In this document: in pieces, positions 62,316 through 64,000 of the stretch
How positions within the stretch are numbered: position 1 is the stretch's first letter
Layout: every line of letters begins with the position of its first letter
Notes under the pieces: generated by a model
The model's input: only the letters and a program-made list of their open reading frames with translations
Told to the model about the DNA's origin: nothing
Databases searched by the model: none
Source of the DNA: Eledone cirrhosa
Taxonomy: Eukaryota
Assembly: GCA_964016885.1 (NCBI GenBank)
Contig: OZ024741.1
Location: 121,148,001 to 121,212,000 of the forward strand
DNA: 64,000 nt
Direction of reading: 5' to 3'
Position numbers and translations under genes: made by a program

Positions 62316-63880
62316 CAGGCATGTCAAACATGCGGCCATTTCCAAGCACACCCGCGGCCCGCACAAAGGTTTTTACAGCGCGAGCATGTTTTATCTACGT
62401 ATAAAATAATACAAAAATTTCGATATGATTGTTTTTTTTGTGCGATTTTTTTTGTGCAAATCACGCGCAGCTCAATAACAGTTGTTAACAGAAAACTTTC
62501 TTTCAAAATTTCAAAAGTTTTTTCTTTTAAAATGGCTAGTGCTCCTCCAGCTAAGAGAAAAAGGAAATTGAACGAAGAAGGGTGAGTGTTTCAAGAAAAG
62601 TGGGAATTACAGTATTTTTGCACAACGGTGAACGGAAAGATTCACTGTTTAATTTGCAACAACTGCATCGCCACGCCAAAAGAGTATAAGTTGAAAAAGC
62701 ATTATGAAGCGAAGCATCGATCTTACGATAAATATGAAGGCCCAATGCGTGTTTCAAGACTCAAGGGATTGAAGGCTAACTTGACACAGCAACAGACCTG
62801 TTTTATGTAAATTCAGGAAGAGAATGTCGCTTCCGTTACTGCAAGCTATGAACTCAGCCGAATGATCGTCATGAGTGGGAAATCTTACAGTGAAGGAGAT
62901 TTTGTAAAGCAATGCCTTGTAAAAACAGCTGAAATTGTATGTCCAGAGAAAGCACAATCATTAATTCAAAGACATTTCATTAACCAGGAACACTATTGTT
63001 GAACGGATTCATGAAATGTCAAGTGATCTGAAACAACAGTTGAAGGCTGTATCATCAAGGTTTGAACATTTTCCTATTGCTATTGTTGAGACCGTTGACA
63101 TCACTGGAATAGCACAGCTTGCATTCTTCATCAGGACCTGTGACCGTGAATTTAATATTTATGAAGAACTGATTGAACTGGTCCTCATGTATGTATGGCA
63201 CTATAACAAGATAGGACATATTTGAGAAGGTCGAGCAGGTTCTGCATGACTATGGTTTTCATTTGATTAAACTTGCATGCTTATCTACTGATGGTGCTGC
63301 GAATATGGTTGGCAGACATAATGGTGTTACTGCCAAGTTACAAGCAAAAATAGAAAACTCGCATCCAGATTCAATTCATCATTTGCACATTTTCACTGTA
63401 TTATTCATCAGCAAAATTTGTGTTCAAAGATTTTAAAATTGCATCATGTGCTTAGCTTGGTCACAAAGACAGTGAACTATATCAGAGGCCGTGCTCTCAA
63501 CCGCCGTCAGTTCAGTCAGTTGTTGGAAGATATGGATAATCAGTTCACCGATGTTCCATTTTACGCAGAAGTCTGCTGGTTGTCATGTCACAAAGTGCTG
63601 AAAAGATTCTATTTGTTGAGACACGAAATAATTATGTTTTTAGAGATGAAATAAAAGATGAAAGTTGGCTCCAAGATCTGGCTTTTGCTGTGGATATTAC
63701 TGCACAATTAACTGATCTTAATTTGAAATTACAAGGTAAAAACAAACTCATCACTCAGTTGTATGATGACACGAAGCTTATGGAAGTCACAGTTGTCAAA
63801 TTAAAATTTAATTCATTTTCCTACATGCAAAGAGCTGAAACACTGCCAATATTGAGTCTGTACTTAGCTTTGCTAAGTAT
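62316..63880 (+). mobile_element. hAT (Charlie/SPIN, GTF2IRD2-like) DNA transposon, pseudogenised transposase
   Basis: Left TIR at 62316; ATG at 62532; FQEKW..CLIC..KEYKLKKHY (BED-like), TDGAANM, HCIIHQ, WLS, WLQDLAF; many stops and frameshifts. Confidence 0.9.
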
Positions 63881-63884
63881 GACA

Positions 63885-64000
63885 ATCCTGTCGAGGTCAG
63901 CTTTGCCTTTCATTTTTCCGGGGTTGGTAAAAATAAAGTACCAGTTAAGTACTGGGTTCATCCTTTCTTTCTTCACATTGCTGGCCGTGTGCCAATATTT
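63885..64000 (+). mobile_element. Family-A-like SINE fragment truncating the hAT element
   Basis: gaggtcagctttgcctttcattttt...aaagtaccag...ttgctggccgtgtgcc. Confidence 0.7.

Noticed and set aside
62532-63880. Host GTF2IRD2/ZBED-like gene
   Set aside because: Multiple stops and frameshifts, a TIR and a cognate MITE identify it as a dead hAT transposon.

Overview
AT-rich eukaryotic DNA with no prokaryotic features, almost certainly a coleoid cephalopod (Octopus-like; inferred from the (TA)n/(CA)n/(TATG)n load and the SINE/RTE/Penelope content). Most ORFs in the supplied track are microsatellite artefacts. One host gene is supported: four phase-compatible GT-AG exons on the minus strand (37937-38044, 31711-31848, 29684-29793, 25563-25892) that splice into the C-terminal ~228 aa of a claudin/PMP22-superfamily tetraspan protein. 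Its 5' exon(s) were not found. The rest is transposon debris: RTE LINEs (four with a PHD-like finger, two with C2H2 fingers, one near full-length APE-RT copy), four Penelope-like elements (RT and/or GIY-YIG), R4/Dong-, CRE- and Tx1-like fragments, a hAT transposase with its MITE, a pogo/Tc-type MITE and many tRNA-derived SINEs. The most notable signal is a dense set of type I hammerhead ribozymes, folded by eye: about 10 with an intact core and about 12 degenerate or half motifs, some with the compensatory U3-A8 core. They mostly sit in short non-coding islands between (TA)n runs, often with inverted-duplicated ends, consistent with Penelope pseudo-LTR or retrozyme-like mini-elements. At least one lies in the sense strand of a host intron.
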